Source of the DNA: Monocercomonoides exilis PA203
Lineage: Eukaryota > Protista > Preaxostyla
Direction of reading: 5' to 3'
DNA length: 64,000 nt
Assembly (NCBI GenBank): GCA_001643675.2
Contig: LSRY02000056.1
Span: 124,001-188,000, forward strand
A program made the translations under genes and the position numbers. The stretch's first letter is position 1. Each line of letters opens with the position of its first letter. The notes beneath the pieces were generated by a model that was not told where the DNA came from, did no database searches, and worked only from the letters and a program-made list of their open reading frames with translations. This document shows, one piece after another, positions 61,920 to 64,000 of the stretch.

Positions 61920-63290
61920 GGAGAAGAGGCTAAAGATCCAAAGCAAACAGCAAGAGGAGAGCGAGGTGATGTTAATGAAGAGAAGTTGGATGTTTGATAG
62001 AGAGAAGAAGGAAGAGAAGAAAAAGAAGAAGAAGGTGATAGAATATTGACAGGAAGAGAAGGAGAAGAATCTTTTGCAGAAGGGCGGCCGAGTGAATCGT
62101 GAGCAGACGATTCAGATGAAGCAACAGGAGTGGAAGGCAAAGAGGATGCTGTTGAATCAGATGATGTTGAAGAAGGACGTGGTTGTGAAGGTGAATGTGA
62201 AAGTGAAAGATGATTTGACGAAAGAAGAAGGCGAAACTTGTGCGATCTGAATGACCGGCGAAGGAGATGACTGAACAGAAGAAGAAGAAGAAGAAGCATA
62301 ATCATTATCATTAACACCATTATTATCAATATCATAATCATCTGTCTTAAAAGACGATTCTGATGAATTCAATGAAGTATTTTTTGTTTCCTTCAGAGAA
62401 GATGTTCTTGCAACAGAATGAACAGGAAGTGAACACACATTCAGCTGTTCCAGTTGTTGTTGCTGTTGTTGTTCTTGTTGATTGGCTGAGAGTTCAGACA
62501 ATTCATCAAAGACTGAAGAAAAAGAAGAAGGCGATTATGAAGTTAATGCTGAATGATCAGATTTCAACACAATGACTGCTTTCGTAATAAAATTCTTTCA
62601 ACAGAAGATATGAAGAAAGAACGAAAGAAGAAGGGGCATCTGAGAGAAAATTGGAATGAAATGAGTTCAATTGTTCTCTTTGGACGAGCTGGGCGACAAA
62701 GGCGAGCAAGAATCATCTGAAGAAAATACAAACAAAATGAGCAGATTCCAATTTCATTACAGCCAACAGCGGCAACAGAAAGTAGTTTCATTGTGTGTTG
62801 CAACACAAGAATTTGTTGGCTATTCAAACAACAAATTCTCAAATTCAAAGAAGGTCTTCTTTCCATCAGCTAAGACAAAAAACTATCGTAGATGAAGAAA
62901 TCGAAGGAGAATGAGAAGAAATCACATAAGCTGAAAAAATGCTGCTTGAAATGGATTGTCTCTGAGAATAACGTTCAACATAAAAAAATACTGTTTGCTG
63001 AAATGGAAAAAAGTTCAAATAATACATAAAAATAATAAGTTTTGCAAAGGTTAAATTATCTAAAAATTGCACACCTGCCATCTTTTTCGCAAATGGAGAA
63101 GATTGTTCAATCACTGATGCTGTCAATCTCCATTTCCACTCCTTCGCATCGCTTCTTTCTTTGTAGTCCTTTTTTCCCAATAAAAACTTATTTTTCAATG
63201 TTGCATCCACTTCCTTTTTCAAGAAAATAATATTTCTGCTATTTTGCCCGAATGCTGCCTTTTGTTTGCATTCTTCTTTGTTAAAAAAAG
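61820..63290 (-). pseudogene. Degenerate Ser-rich gene (fragmented ORFs); its 5' part is duplicated head-to-head at the window end
   Basis: Overlapping out-of-frame ORFs 62866-63222, 62157-62501 and 61820-62341. Confidence 0.4.
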
Positions 63291-63411
63291 CTTTCTGTTT
63301 GAATCAATGAAAAAACAATAAATGTAATATTCGATCATGTTTCGAATTGTTTTGAAAAACACTTTTTTCATTTTTTTCTAAATAGCTTGTGACCCAAGAT
63401 TTTATTCTAAA

Positions 63412-63630
63412 TACTTTAACCGGGTTTGATAAAGCTTTTACCAGAAAGACAGACTTGTTACGGGTTTTTCATGGTTTATCAGTAAAAAAATTATATTTAT
63501 CGAAAGAATGAGTAATTACAGGAACGACATAGATGTTTCGACAAACAAGTTGAACTATTCGTAATAACTTGTTTGTATTCATTATTCATTATTTTTTACG
63601 AAACAATACATAGTTATGGTAAAATATCTA
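63412..63630 (-). repeat. Inverted copy of segment A, forming the spacer of a large palindrome
   Basis: Reverse complement of 57866-58084. Confidence 0.95.
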
Positions 63631-64000
63631 GTATTTAGAATAAAATCTTGGGTCACAAGCTATTTAGAAAAAAATGAAAAAAGTGTTTTTCAAAACAATT
63701 CGAAACATGATCGAATATTACATTTATTGTTTTTTCATTGATTCAAACAGAAAGCTTTTTTTAACAAAGAAGAATGCAAACAAAAGGCAGCATTCGGGCA
63801 AAATAGCAGAAATATTATTTTCTTGAAAAAGGAAGTGGATGCAACATTGAAAAATAAGTTTTTATTGGGAAAAAAGGACTACAAAGAAAGAAGCGATGCG
63901 AAGGAGTGGAAATGGAGATTGACAGCATCAGTGATTGAACAATCTTCTCCATTTGCGAAAAAGATGGCAGGTGTGCAATTTTTAGATAATTTAACCTTTG
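63631..64000. repeat. Right arm of an inverted duplication (reverse complement of 63045-63414), continues beyond the window
   Basis: GTATTTAGAATAAAATCTTGGGTCAC... mirrors ...GTGACCCAAGATTTTATTCTAAATAC; 370 bp with no mismatch seen. Confidence 0.95.

Noticed and set aside
1-64000. Non-canonical code (TAA/TAG = Gln, as in some oxymonads)
   Set aside because: Conserved genes end at TAA/TAG where expected (PFDN4, SPAG6, ZNF706-like) and long exons have no in-frame TAR.

Overview
AT-rich, intron-containing eukaryotic DNA in the standard genetic code (TAA/TAG/TGA all end genes). It is most likely an oxymonad such as Monocercomonoides exilis, inferred from the SufD-SufS-SufU fusion, the expanded-family pseudogenes and GTTTG-type intron donors. 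Layout: (1) 1-7.3 kb is a repeat zone with two near-identical inverted Merlin (IS1595/ISXO2-like) transposons, small repeats and a pseudogene; (2) tRNA-Glu(CTC); (3) a compact block of 17 spliced genes: a tandem-CH protein, long-chain acyl-CoA synthetase, RPS6 with an H1-like tail, PITP, ASF1, a ZNF706/MBS1-like protein, DDRGK1, RTF1, SPAG6/PF16, SufDSU, CFAP119, CK1 with a giant tail, PFDN4, CNOT9-like, an AIR9-like LRR protein and two hypotheticals; (4) a nest of foldback/TIR elements at 35.9-39.0 kb directly upstream of SufDSU; (5) 57.9-64 kb holds decayed gene fragments bracketed by an identical 219-bp inverted repeat, followed by a perfect inverted duplication that runs off the window. 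The SufDSU fusion is already known from Preaxostyla. The observations most likely to be new are a GATCA motif just upstream of 9 of 17 start codons, ~100-112 bp head-to-head promoters, a 5'-to-3' rise in GC within genes, Cys-rich additions in SufDSU, a non-autonomous Merlin with a telomeric palindrome at its centre, and the terminal rearrangement. All splice models and alignments were done by eye.
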